From positions 96,001-160,000 of the forward strand of contig CAVRAL010000004.1 in assembly GCA_963719085.1 (NCBI GenBank): a stretch of 64,000 nucleotides of DNA, in the 5' to 3' direction. A program made the position numbers and the translations under genes. Every line of letters begins with the position of its first letter. Positions within the stretch are counted from its first letter, which is position 1. The DNA is from a candidate division FCPU426 bacterium. GTDB lineage: Bacteria; Oederibacteriota; Muellerivitia; Muellerivitales; Muellerivitaceae. Shown in pieces: positions 30,876 to 40,221 of the stretch. The notes beneath the pieces are model-generated. The model worked only from the letters and a program-made list of their open reading frames with translations, made no database searches and was not told where the DNA came from.

Positions 30876-31687
30876 TATTTTTTCAGCGCCCGGCGGATGG
30901 CCAGCGCGTCTTTAAGGATTTGGTTGAAGGTCTCGAAAGTGATTTGAGTGGCGGCGTCGGACTTGGCTTTCGGCGGGTTGGGATGAACTTCGGTGAAAAG
31001 GCCATCCACCCCGGCGGCCACGGCGGCGCGCACCAAGGTCGGCACATGCTCCCGGGTTCCGCCGGACGAGGTTCCCTTGGCGGCGGGTTGTTGAACGCTG
31101 TGGGTTCCGTCAAAAATCACCGGGCATCCGGTCTTTTGCATCTCAGGAATTCCCCGGTAATCCACCACCAGATTGTTATAACCAAATACCGTGCCCCGTT
31201 CCGTGAGCCAGATGTTCTTTTGGCCGGCGCTTTTCATTTTTTCAACCACATTGGCCATTTCCCAGGGCGCCATGAACTGCGCCTTTTTCACGTTGACCGC
31301 TTTGCCGTACTTGGCCGCCTCCATTAAGAGGCTCGTTTGACGGGAAAGAAAAGCGGGAATCTGAAGGACGTCCACCACCTTGGCGGCGATCCTCACTTCC
31401 TCGATCTCATGGATATCGGTCAGCAAGGGCAGGCCCAATTTCTTTTTGACCTTGGAGAGAATGGCCAGGCCTTTTTTTAATCCGGGTCCCCGGAAGCTTT
31501 TGGCCGAGGTGCGGTTGGCCTTGTCGAAGGACGATTTGAAAATGAGCGGGATCTCATAGGAATCGGTGATTTCCTTCAAGGTCCTCGCCGTTTTTAAAAG
31601 AAATTCTTCCCCCTCGATGACACAAGGCCCCGCGATGACAAAAAACTGCCCATCGCGGCCCAATTTGGATAGGTCCTGCATGATCAA
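30875..31687 (-). CDS. kdsA: Kdo-8-phosphate synthase
   Basis: [47 protein letters not shown]. Confidence 0.97.
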   Translation of the reverse strand: MIMQDLSKLGRDGQFFVIAGPCVIEGEEFLLKTARTLKEITDSYEIPLIFKSSFDKANRTSAKSFRGPGLKKGLAILSKVKKKLGLPLLTDIHEIEEVRIAAKVVDVLQIPAFLSRQTSLLMEAAKYGKAVNVKKAQFMAPWEMANVVEKMKSAGQKNIWLTERGTVFGYNNLVVDYRGIPEMQKTGCPVIFDGTHSVQQPAAKGTSSGGTREHVPTLVRAAVAAGVDGLFTEVHPNPPKAKSDAATQITFETFNQILKDALAIRRALKK

Positions 31688-33321
31688 CCCTTCTTTCGGG
31701 GTTTGGCTTTTATTTTTTTATGCCGGTAATGCACCGCCGCCTTCACGAACTCCCGGAAAAGCGGATGCGGGTTCAAAGGACGGCTCTTGAGCTCGGGATG
31801 GAACTGCACCCCCACGAACCAGGGATGGTTGGCCAGCTCGATCATTTCCACCAGGTTGCCGTCGGGCGAAAGACCCGAAAGTTTCATGCCCTTGGCCTTC
31901 ATCTTGTCCCGGTAAACGTTGTTGAACTCATAGCGGTGGCGGTGGCGCTCGCTGATGAGCCCTTGTTTATAGGCCGCGAAGGCCTTGGTTCCCTTTTCCA
32001 CCTTGCAAGGGTAAGCGCCGAGCCGCATGGTGCCGCCCAACCCCTGGATCTTGAGCTGATCCTCCATCATGGAGATGACTTCATCGGGGGTCTTTTGATT
32101 GAACTCGCCGCTGTTGGCCTGTTTCAAGCCCAGCACATTGCGGGAGAACTCAATGACCGCGCATTGCATTCCCAGGCAGATGCCGAAAAAGGGAATCTTC
32201 TTCTCGCGCACATGCCGGATAACCGCGATCTTCCCCTCGATGCCCCGATCCCCGAACCCGCCCGGCACCAACACACCCGACACGCCCTTGAGCAGCGCCG
32301 CCGCGCCGCGTTTTTCCACTTCCTCGGAATCCACCCAGCGCAGTTTTACCTTGGCTTGGTTGGGCACTCCCGCGTGGATGAAGGACTCGATGATGGACTT
32401 GTAGGCGTCATGAAGTTCCACGTATTTTCCAGCGATGGCGATTTCCACTTCCTTGTGGGGATCATAAACCTGTTGGACGAACCGGCCCCACTGGCCCAGG
32501 CTGGCCGAAGGGCTGGCTTTGAGCGCGAGTTTCTTCAAAAGATAATCGTCCAAATCCTGCTCGTTGAACAGCAGAGGGACCTCATAAATGGAGTTGGCGT
32601 CCAGCGCCTCAAAAACCGCCTCTGTCTCGACGTTGCAAAAAAGCGAAATCTTATTTTTGATGTCCTCGCCCAAGGGACGGGCCGTACGGCAAAGGATCAC
32701 ATCGGCCTGGATCCCGATCGCCCGAAGCTCCGCAACCGTTTTCTGGGTGGGTTTAGTCTTGAGCTCGCCCGAAGCGTCAATATAAGGAACCAAGGTCACA
32801 TGGATATTGATGGCGTTGTCCTTGCCCACGTCGAACTTGAATTGCCGGATGGCTTCCAAAAACGGAAGGCTTTCGATGTCCCCGACCGTTCCACCCACCT
32901 CCACGATGCAAACGTCGATCTTCTGGTCTTGGGTGATCTTGAGGATGGATTCCTTAATCTCGTTGGTGATGTGGGGCACCACCTGCACGGTCTTGCCCAA
33001 ATAATCGCCCTTGCGTTCTTTGGTGATGACCGCGTTGTAAATTTTGCCGCTGGTCACGCTGCTGTTGCGGGTCAGTTTGCCCGAGAGGAACCGCTCGTAA
33101 TGGCCCAAGTCCAGGTCCGTCTCCGCGCCGTCTTCCAACACAAACACTTCCCCGTGCTGGTAGGGGCTCATGGTGCCCGGGTCCACGTTTAAGTAAGGAT
33201 CGAACTTGGCGATGGTCACCTTCAAGCCCCGGCTTTCCAGCAAGCGCCCGATGGAGGCCGACGCGATGCCCTTGCCCAGGGATGAAACCACGCCGCCGGT
33301 CACAAAAATATATTTAGTCAC
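31684..33321 (-). CDS. pyrG: CTP synthase
   Basis: [47 protein letters not shown]. Confidence 0.99.
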   Translation of the reverse strand: MTKYIFVTGGVVSSLGKGIASASIGRLLESRGLKVTIAKFDPYLNVDPGTMSPYQHGEVFVLEDGAETDLDLGHYERFLSGKLTRNSSVTSGKIYNAVITKERKGDYLGKTVQVVPHITNEIKESILKITQDQKIDVCIVEVGGTVGDIESLPFLEAIRQFKFDVGKDNAINIHVTLVPYIDASGELKTKPTQKTVAELRAIGIQADVILCRTARPLGEDIKNKISLFCNVETEAVFEALDANSIYEVPLLFNEQDLDDYLLKKLALKASPSASLGQWGRFVQQVYDPHKEVEIAIAGKYVELHDAYKSIIESFIHAGVPNQAKVKLRWVDSEEVEKRGAAALLKGVSGVLVPGGFGDRGIEGKIAVIRHVREKKIPFFGICLGMQCAVIEFSRNVLGLKQANSGEFNQKTPDEVISMMEDQLKIQGLGGTMRLGAYPCKVEKGTKAFAAYKQGLISERHRHRYEFNNVYRDKMKAKGMKLSGLSPDGNLVEMIELANHPWFVGVQFHPELKSRPLNPHPLFREFVKAAVHYRHKKIKAKPRKKG

Positions 33322-33356
33322 TCACGCCTCCCTAAAATTAAACCAACAAAACATCC

Positions 33357-33450
33357 CACGCAAAGACGCCAAGACGCAAAGGTGGGATAAGTCTTTAAAA
33401 ACACAACTGATTCGATATTGACTTTCTTGGCGTCTTAGCGTCTTTGCGTG
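33357..33450. repeat. intergenic periodic-arm inverted repeat (CGCAAAG/CGCCAAG family)
   Basis: cacgcaaagacgccaagacgcaaag / cttggcgtcttagcgtctttgcgtg. Confidence 0.88.
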
Positions 33451-33454
33451 CGCC

Positions 33455-34186
33455 TTAAATTTGCCTCAAATGCTTTTCAACCTTCTTCACGTCCGCCGGC
33501 ACATCCACCGCGATCGAATCCACCTTCTTAATCGCCGCCCGTAAAAAGACACCGTTTTCCATGGCCCGCAGTTGCTCCAGCTTTTCGGTCAACTCTAAGG
33601 GCGTGGGCTTTAAAGCCGCCATCTTTTGAAGCCAAGCCGGGCGGTAACCGTAAAGACCCATATGCTTATAAAAGAGAGGCACTCCGCCGTCCCTTAAATG
33701 AGGGATCGGCGAACGGGAAAAATAAAGCACGTCTCCCTTGGGCGTTAAAACCGCCTTCACCACGTTGGGATCCAGCCAATCTTTTTTATCCCGCGAGGGG
33801 ATGACCACGGTGGACATGAGCACCTTCGGGTCTTTTTGCAAAACCTCCACCGCCGCGTCAATGGCCGAGGGCGCGATGACCGGTTCGTCGCCTTGGATGT
33901 TCACCACGATATCCACGCTTTTCCCCCGCACCGCGCGGGCGATACGATCGGTTCCCGATTTGCAGGAAGCCGGCGTCATAACCGCCTTGGCCCCCGCTTG
34001 CTCAACCGCTTGGGCGATACGCTTATCGTCCGTGGCCACCCAGACTTCGGTCAGCTTCTTGGCTTTTTGCGCTTGGCGGATCACCCGCACCACCATGGGC
34101 ACCCCGGCGATCAAGGCCAATGGCTTGCCCGGAAATCTTTGCGCCGCGTAGCGGGAGGGTATGACACCGACGATTTTACTTGGCAT
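33455..34186 (-). CDS. kdsB: CMP-Kdo synthetase
   Basis: IPSRYAAQRFPGKPL, SGTDR, NIQGDEP, YFSRSPIP, EKLEQLR. Confidence 0.97.
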   Translation of the reverse strand: MPSKIVGVIPSRYAAQRFPGKPLALIAGVPMVVRVIRQAQKAKKLTEVWVATDDKRIAQAVEQAGAKAVMTPASCKSGTDRIARAVRGKSVDIVVNIQGDEPVIAPSAIDAAVEVLQKDPKVLMSTVVIPSRDKKDWLDPNVVKAVLTPKGDVLYFSRSPIPHLRDGGVPLFYKHMGLYGYRPAWLQKMAALKPTPLELTEKLEQLRAMENGVFLRAAIKKVDSIAVDVPADVKKVEKHLRQI

Positions 34187-34655
34187 AACGTTCCCGCACG
34201 ATCTCAATGAGATTGGTGGTGGAGCGCCCTGGAACAACGGGGATATTGGTGACTTTCCCGCCCCAGGACTCCACCAAGTCGCCGCCCACAATCTTATCCA
34301 CGGCCCAGTCGCCGCCCTTGACCAAAATATCCGGGCGCAATAGTTTGACCGCCTCAAAAGGCGTGTCTTCCTCGAAAAAGGTGACGTAATCCACGCAAAC
34401 CAGCGCCAAGAGCATCTCGGCGCGCTCGTCTAAAGGAAGCAGGGGCTTCAAGGGGCCTTTGATGCGTTTGACCGAAGCGTCGCTGTTGAGGGCCACCACC
34501 AGTACATCGCCCAAATCCCGGGCTTTTTGCAGATAAGTGACGTGGCCTAAATGCAAAAGATCGAAAACACCGTTGGTGAAGACGACTTTTTTGCCTTGGT
34601 TTTGAAGGTTTTTAAGGATCGGCGCTAACTGCTGGGGAGGTAAAAAATTTTCCAA
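34176..34655 (-). CDS. rfaE2: heptose 1-phosphate adenylyltransferase (RfaE domain II / HldC), copy 1
   Basis: VFTNGVFDLLHLGH, NSDASV..KG, LVKGGDW, STT; start approximate. Confidence 0.93.
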   Translation of the reverse strand: MENFLPPQQLAPILKNLQNQGKKVVFTNGVFDLLHLGHVTYLQKARDLGDVLVVALNSDASVKRIKGPLKPLLPLDERAEMLLALVCVDYVTFFEEDTPFEAVKLLRPDILVKGGDWAVDKIVGGDLVESWGGKVTNIPVVPGRSTTNLIEIVRERYAK

Positions 34656-34739
34656 AGGGCGTCTACCTTGCTTAGGATGCGTAATTATAGGGAAAGCTCC
34701 CCACCCTGGCAAGGATAAGAAAAAAAAGAAAACCCTTAG

Positions 34740-35879
34740 TTAATCGGCGCTCTTCAAAATAAGTTTCACGACCTGCGGCGGGCAAAGGGTTCTCAAGGGC
34801 GGATAACCGCCGATGCCCCGGTGGATAAAAAGGGTCTGCTTTCCCTCGCGGATGAAACCACCGGCGTACTTCCGCCCCTCGTCCGACGGCACGACCAGGG
34901 GCCCGATGAAGGGAAAGCAAATCTGCCCGCCATGGCAATGCCCCGAGATTTGAAAATGCGCCCCGGTTTTTTTCGCCAAATAAAAATGATCCGGCTGGTG
35001 GGCCAAAAGAATTTTGGCGTCGCCTTTGGCTTTTAACACCCCGCCCACATCCTTGTTTCCCGTCCACTTGTCGTCCACACCCATCAAGGCCAGGCTTTTG
35101 CCCTTTCGCTTAAGCGTCACCGTTTCATTGATCAAAACTCGCACCCCGTCTTTTTTTAAAACCCGAACCAGGGCCGGAGCGGCGGCCCAATGGTCATGGT
35201 TTCCCAAAACGGCGTACACGCCCAAAGGCGCTTTCAGTCCTTTAAATAGCTTGGCGATCAGCGGGACATCCTTAGCGAAAGAGATGAAGTCCCCGGTCAA
35301 AGCGTAAAGGTCGGGCTTTAGCTTTCGCGCCTCCCCCATCACGAAGCGTAAATATTCCGGATGCACGAATTTGCCCACATGGATGTCGGAAATCTGGGCA
35401 ATCGAAAGACCGTCCCATTCGCGCGGCCAACCGGGAAGCTTGACCTCGAACTGGATGACCTCCAGGTCATAAAGTTGGTTTTTAAACGGGGTTCGTTCCA
35501 GATAGGCGAAGGGGGCCGGCCAGCGAGAAGGACAGTTGGGAAAACGGCGGCTCAAAATTTTAAAATCAACCCGCTTTTTCCGGACCAACAACCACCAAGC
35601 GTGATCCATCCATAAAAGAAGAACCCAACCGGCCACCAGCCCCAAATAAAGCTGAACCAAAATCGGAAGGGCCGGAACGCTGGAAGCCCTAAAGTCCCAA
35701 ACGCCCGCCAAAAGGACGGAGGTCCCGCCTTGCGAGGTCAGGAAGAACAAGACCCAAAGAAATTCTTTCACCTGGCGGTGGGGCCGGATGCCGAAGCGGT
35801 TGACGAGGAAAATAAAAATTTGAAATTGGAAAAAAAGAAAAATCCAAATCAGCGGGCGTAAGAACAGGGTCGGTTCCAA
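34740..35879 (-). CDS. membrane-bound calcineurin-like metallophosphoesterase (YkuE/YaeI family)
   Basis: Three N-terminal TMs; SDIH, TGDF, LGNHDH, AHQPD, SGHCHGGQ. Confidence 0.92.
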   Translation of the reverse strand: MEPTLFLRPLIWIFLFFQFQIFIFLVNRFGIRPHRQVKEFLWVLFFLTSQGGTSVLLAGVWDFRASSVPALPILVQLYLGLVAGWVLLLWMDHAWWLLVRKKRVDFKILSRRFPNCPSRWPAPFAYLERTPFKNQLYDLEVIQFEVKLPGWPREWDGLSIAQISDIHVGKFVHPEYLRFVMGEARKLKPDLYALTGDFISFAKDVPLIAKLFKGLKAPLGVYAVLGNHDHWAAAPALVRVLKKDGVRVLINETVTLKRKGKSLALMGVDDKWTGNKDVGGVLKAKGDAKILLAHQPDHFYLAKKTGAHFQISGHCHGGQICFPFIGPLVVPSDEGRKYAGGFIREGKQTLFIHRGIGGYPPLRTLCPPQVVKLILKSAD

Positions 35880-35885
35880 AATCAG

Positions 35886-36902
35886 TTAACGGTGCAGGTC
35901 TTCCAAAAGCCGCTGGCTGAGCTCGTCGGCCGAGACCGTGGCCACGCCCAATTTCTCCACCTCAATGCCCGCCGCGTAGTTGGCCAGGGTAGCCGCCTGC
36001 AAAAGCGAGGCCCCCGCCGCCAGGGCCAGGGTCAGGGTGGCGATCACCGTGTCGCCGGCGCCGGAAACGTCATAAACTTCCCGGGCCACCGTGGGGATCG
36101 TGCGGGGCGGAAGTCCCGCCTCAAAAATGGTCATGCCATGCTCACTGCGGGTTAAAACCACCGACTTGGCGCCCAGCCGTTTCATCACCTTGAAACCGAT
36201 GGTCTCAAAAGTCTGGCCAACGGCCTCAGTCCCCAAAGCTTCGGTGACTTCTTTCATGTTGGGCTTCATCACCGTCACGCCCTTGAACTCGAAGAAATTA
36301 TGGAACTTGGGATCGACCGTGATAATTTTTTTATGGGATTTGGCGAAGGCCACGGTCTTGGCGATGACTTTGGAAGTCAAAAGGCCCTTGTTGTAATCCT
36401 CGAAAATGACCCCATCGGCGTCCGCGATGGAGTCGATGGCTTTGCGGATGACTTGGCTTTGTTGCTTCTCGTCCAACGGGGTTTTCACCTCGCGGTCGAT
36501 GCGCACGACTTGCTGGGTATTGGCGATGACGCGGGTTTTTTCCGTGGTGGGACGGTCGGCCAGCGCCAGCATGCCTTTCGTGTCCACTTTCCGGCGTTTT
36601 AACTGCTGGACCAATTCCCGACCCGCCAGGTCCCGCCCCATCACGCCGATGATGGACGACTTGCCGCCCAAGGCGGTGATGTTGCAGGCCACGTTGGCGG
36701 CTCCGCCCGGCATCTTTTTGTCTTTTTCATTGATCTCCACCACCGGAATGGGGGCCTCCGGCGAAATACGGGCCACCGATCCCTTCATATACACGTCCAA
36801 CATCACATCCCCGACAACGACAATTTTTTTATTTTGAAGCTCGCCGATCAAGGACAGCAGTTCGGACGGGTCGACCGCTGAGAGAATATTTTTATTTTTC
36901 AT
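35886..36902 (-). CDS. rfaE1: heptose 7-phosphate kinase (RfaE domain I / HldA), copy 1
   Basis: VGDVMLD, RISPEAPIPV, GGAANVA, EDYNKG, YDVSGAGDTV. Confidence 0.95.
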   Translation of the reverse strand: MKNKNILSAVDPSELLSLIGELQNKKIVVVGDVMLDVYMKGSVARISPEAPIPVVEINEKDKKMPGGAANVACNITALGGKSSIIGVMGRDLAGRELVQQLKRRKVDTKGMLALADRPTTEKTRVIANTQQVVRIDREVKTPLDEKQQSQVIRKAIDSIADADGVIFEDYNKGLLTSKVIAKTVAFAKSHKKIITVDPKFHNFFEFKGVTVMKPNMKEVTEALGTEAVGQTFETIGFKVMKRLGAKSVVLTRSEHGMTIFEAGLPPRTIPTVAREVYDVSGAGDTVIATLTLALAAGASLLQAATLANYAAGIEVEKLGVATVSADELSQRLLEDLHR

Positions 36903-36931
36903 GGACTTGGATTTTTCCGTTTCCGGGCGTT

Positions 36932-37501
36932 TCAGGGAAACAACGCCGATTCAACCAGCTCGCAAAAGATATGGCCGATCAACATGTGGGATTCCTGGAT
37001 GCGGTCCGTGTCTTTGGCCGGGACAATGATGCTCATGTCCGCTTCCTTGGCGATCTTGCCGCCATCGCGGCCCAATAAAGCCACCGTCGTGACCCCGTTT
37101 TTTTTAGCGGCCAGAATACCTTTATAGACGTTCTCCGAATTACCCGAGGTGGAAATTCCCACCGCCACATCGCCGGGAAAGCACAACCCCTCGATTTGAT
37201 GCGAGTAAACTTGATCATAACCATAGTCATTGCCCAGGGCCGTCAAGGTTGAGGTGTTGGTATGAAGGGCCAGGGCCAAAACCGCCTTCCGGCGCTTGCG
37301 GTAATCCCCCACCAGTTCGGCCGCCATATGCTGGGCGTCGGCCGCGCTGCCGCCATTGCCGAAAAAAACCGCCTTATGCCCTTTCAAATAACATTCCACC
37401 AGGGCCTTCGCGGCTTTTTCAATCTCCGGAAGGCACTTGGCCAGCAAGTTCTGCTTGGCTTGGATGCTTTCTTCGATGCGGCCTCGAATTTTGTCGATCA
37501 C
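36932..37501 (-). CDS. gmhA: sedoheptulose 7-phosphate isomerase
   Basis: GNGGSAADAQHMAAEL, NDYGY, ISTSGNS, RIQESH. Confidence 0.97.
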   Translation of the reverse strand: MIDKIRGRIEESIQAKQNLLAKCLPEIEKAAKALVECYLKGHKAVFFGNGGSAADAQHMAAELVGDYRKRRKAVLALALHTNTSTLTALGNDYGYDQVYSHQIEGLCFPGDVAVGISTSGNSENVYKGILAAKKNGVTTVALLGRDGGKIAKEADMSIIVPAKDTDRIQESHMLIGHIFCELVESALFP

Positions 37502-37555
37502 GAAAAACCCTCCGTTTTAGCGAATGCGGGACTAGGGTAAGCCAAACGCCGTATC

Positions 37556-38773
37556 TTAACGCCGGAGCCCCTTTTTATCCAAGCGCCCGCCTGAAAAAAG
37601 GGCCGGGAACGCCCCGCCGCCTTCTTTCCAGGCCAAATAAAGCATCAAGAAATAGCAGGTGCCGATGAGCAGGAAATAAAACTCGAACGAAAATTTCCCA
37701 GCCCAAGTCAGGGCGTAAACCCATCCCAAGGCCCAAAGACGCGGTCCCCAAGGCCCCGTCTTCTCCCATAGGAAGTATCGAGTCAGGATCAAGACCGCCG
37801 GAAAAAGCGCGGCCAGATGGTGGGTCTCGCTCACGGGGGTCAGCCAAGGCGCCAGGGCCAGGTAGGCTGAAAAAAGGAGGACCTGGAATTTTAAGGAAGG
37901 TTTTTTCACCGTCAGTTGAAGCAGGGCGGGAAGGACCAGGACCGGAAGGTCCGTGGCCAGGGACAACCCCGTTCCTTGGAGGAAGGGCAGGGCCGCGTGC
38001 AGATAATTCTTGAGCTGGAAGTTGCCCCCGGGCGGCAACGGCGGGGACGCGAAGGAAGGCAGGACATAATTGAAAAAATAATCATGGTAGTACCCGAAAA
38101 TCGCGGTCCCGCCGAAGAGGGCGGGCAGGGCAAAAAGGAAAAGGGGCGTGAAAAAAACCATCCAAGCCAAGGTTTTCCATTCCCGCCGGAAAACCAAATA
38201 GGCCGCCAGGATGATCGGGGTGCATTTAAAGGCCACCGCCGCCGCCAGGAAGGCGCCCGCCGCCGCCGGCCTTTTTTGGTTGAGGGACTTGAAAAAAAGC
38301 AGGCAAAGCGCCAGGACGGCCAAGTTCACCTGGCCGTTGACGAAATTATTCTGGATGAGGTTCATCAGCGCGAAAAAGAAAAGGATGAAGACCGCGCGCG
38401 AATCCCGTTCCTTCGCCCGGGAATCGTAGGCCTCCAGCGTCCAGCGCGCCGAGAACCAAAGACAGGCCGCGCCTAAAAGAAACCAAAGCAGGTTGGCCAG
38501 CCCGTAGGGCAGCCACGCGAGGGGCAGGAGCAGGACGCAGATGAAAAGCGGATAGGTCAGCGGGAAAGGCGTGGGGAGCGAATAGGGGTTTATTCCCGAA
38601 ACAAGGGCCCGGGCCGCTTCCAAGCGGGGCGTGAAATCATAACCCTCCGGCCGATAGGCCCGGTGAAAAGCCTGAACCAAAAAGACCAGCAGGACCAGGA
38701 CGCCGAGCGCCTCTAATAGCCGAAGCGTTCGCGGGGCGGAAAAGGGTTTGGCGGGGACCTTGGATCGTCTCAC
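37556..38773 (-). CDS. glycosyltransferase family 87 (DUF2029)-like membrane protein
   Basis: DF..Y..YPLF..LLPLAWLP, GQVNL, AVAFKCTP, polytopic; start uncertain (GTG 38773 preferred). Confidence 0.8.
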   Translation of the reverse strand: MRRSKVPAKPFSAPRTLRLLEALGVLVLLVFLVQAFHRAYRPEGYDFTPRLEAARALVSGINPYSLPTPFPLTYPLFICVLLLPLAWLPYGLANLLWFLLGAACLWFSARWTLEAYDSRAKERDSRAVFILFFFALMNLIQNNFVNGQVNLAVLALCLLFFKSLNQKRPAAAGAFLAAAVAFKCTPIILAAYLVFRREWKTLAWMVFFTPLFLFALPALFGGTAIFGYYHDYFFNYVLPSFASPPLPPGGNFQLKNYLHAALPFLQGTGLSLATDLPVLVLPALLQLTVKKPSLKFQVLLFSAYLALAPWLTPVSETHHLAALFPAVLILTRYFLWEKTGPWGPRLWALGWVYALTWAGKFSFEFYFLLIGTCYFLMLYLAWKEGGGAFPALFSGGRLDKKGLRR

Positions 38774-38779
38774 CGGGCG

Positions 38780-38816
38780 AATATAACTTGAAAACATTCC
38801 GGGTGTCAAATAACAT
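38780..38816. promoter_or_regulatory. overlapping divergent sigma-70 promoter candidates
   Basis: Minus TTGACA-18-TATATT; plus TTGAAA-17-TAACAT. Confidence 0.55.
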
Positions 38817-38825
38817 GGCGTCGCC

Positions 38826-40190
38826 ATGAAAAGACACTCGGCCGATTCCCGCGCTACCTTTTCAGGCAAAGCCGTCCTCCTGCTGGTTGCCGCGCTCGCC
38901 TTCCGCCTCTGGTTCGGCCTTTTCTCCGACAGCTGGTATCAGATCCAAATCTTCATCCTGGGCCTCAAATATTATTCCACCGGGGCTTGGCCCTATTTCG
39001 GCCCCAGCGTGGACCTGGGCATCCAATTGCCCGGCGCCCTGCAGGCCGTCTTGGTGGCCTGGCCCTGGCATCTTTGGCCCGCGCCCGAGGCTCCCATTAT
39101 CTTGCTGGGCCTCTTGTCCTTCGGGGGAATCTGCCTGCTCGCCTGGTACATTTCCAAACGGCTCCCCCAATTCCCCCGCCTCCTGCTGTGGGGCTGGCTC
39201 CTGACTTCGCCTTGGACGCTGGATTGGTCCACCCAGATGGACAACGATTCCTACATGCTGTTCGGCGGCTGCCTCTTTTTCGTGGGATTCCTGGAGACTG
39301 TCCCGGCCTTGCGCCTGGGGGTGATCCCGGCGCCCGCGTGCGATTTCATGATGGGCTTCGCTTTTTTTTGGTGCGTTCAGCTGCACATGTCCTTCGTGCT
39401 TTTGGGACCCTTCCTGGCGGTCTCTTTCTTCTTCCAATGCAAGGAAGGCGGTTGGAAGGGATTCTCCCAGTCGTTGGGTTTCGGTTTTTTGGGGGCCCTT
39501 CTTCCCTTGAGCCTGCTGATCCCCACCTATCTGCATTACGGCCTGTTGGCGGGCTCGGGCAACATTCACCATTCGGCCAGACTGAATCCGGAAAACCTGC
39601 TGAGCTTTTTCACCCTGTTGGCCCGGTTCCTATCCCTGGCCTGCTGTGAAGTGGCCCGCTACGCCGGCGCCCATACGGCCGACCGGGTGGCTTTTCTCAA
39701 AGCCTATCCCTGGGCCGCGCCCTTCACCCTTGTCGCCTTTCTATTGGGAATCGTCCAGGCCCTGTGGCTGCTGACGGGATGGGTCCGGGGTTCCCTGCCC
39801 GCCGGCCTGAAAAAAATACTGCCCGGACTCGCCAAGCCCCACCCCCAAAAAGATTGGAAGGCGGTCAAGTGGCTGGCGCTCTTGACCTTTCTGTTGGTTT
39901 ACGCCAGCTTCCTTTTTTCCATCAAGCCGCCCGCCTCCCATACCTTTTATGTCACCCTGCCCGTGGTGATGCTTTACGGTTTTTACGTCTTCGCTCCCAC
40001 CGCGAAAGAGAAATGGTTCAAGGTCCTGGCTTGGGTCCTGCTGGTCTCCAACCTCGTCTTCCACACGGCCCTGGCCCTTTCCAATTACCAAACGCGCTCC
40101 ATCTACAAGAACCGGCCCCTGATGATCCAGGCCATCCAAACTCAAAACTATCATTTGTTGGGGGAGAGGCGGGAAGACACCATTTATTGA
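38826..40190 (+). CDS. polytopic membrane protein, probable GT-C fold glycosyltransferase (ArnT/PMT-like)
   Basis: ~11-12 TMs; first loop W.YFGP..LPGAL; Q.H.S motif; family is a resemblance only. Confidence 0.65.
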   Translation: MKRHSADSRATFSGKAVLLLVAALAFRLWFGLFSDSWYQIQIFILGLKYYSTGAWPYFGPSVDLGIQLPGALQAVLVAWPWHLWPAPEAPIILLGLLSFGGICLLAWYISKRLPQFPRLLLWGWLLTSPWTLDWSTQMDNDSYMLFGGCLFFVGFLETVPALRLGVIPAPACDFMMGFAFFWCVQLHMSFVLLGPFLAVSFFFQCKEGGWKGFSQSLGFGFLGALLPLSLLIPTYLHYGLLAGSGNIHHSARLNPENLLSFFTLLARFLSLACCEVARYAGAHTADRVAFLKAYPWAAPFTLVAFLLGIVQALWLLTGWVRGSLPAGLKKILPGLAKPHPQKDWKAVKWLALLTFLLVYASFLFSIKPPASHTFYVTLPVVMLYGFYVFAPTAKEKWFKVLAWVLLVSNLVFHTALALSNYQTRSIYKNRPLMIQAIQTQNYHLLGERREDTIY

Positions 40191-40221
40191 CGGACCGGCC
40201 GGGACATCCCCCGTCCCCCGC

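Noticed and set aside
31720..33192. 490-aa plus-strand ORF (similar cases at 11215, 26895, 60117, 62941)
   Set aside because: Antisense to well-supported genes; long shadow frames are expected with GC-biased codon use and show no motifs
33455..34357. Long N-terminal extensions in the ORF track (kdsB, hisB, hisD, hisH, trpG, GT9s, 57785 gene)
   Set aside because: They overlap upstream genes or repeats; downstream starts with RBS or stop/start overlap fit family lengths better
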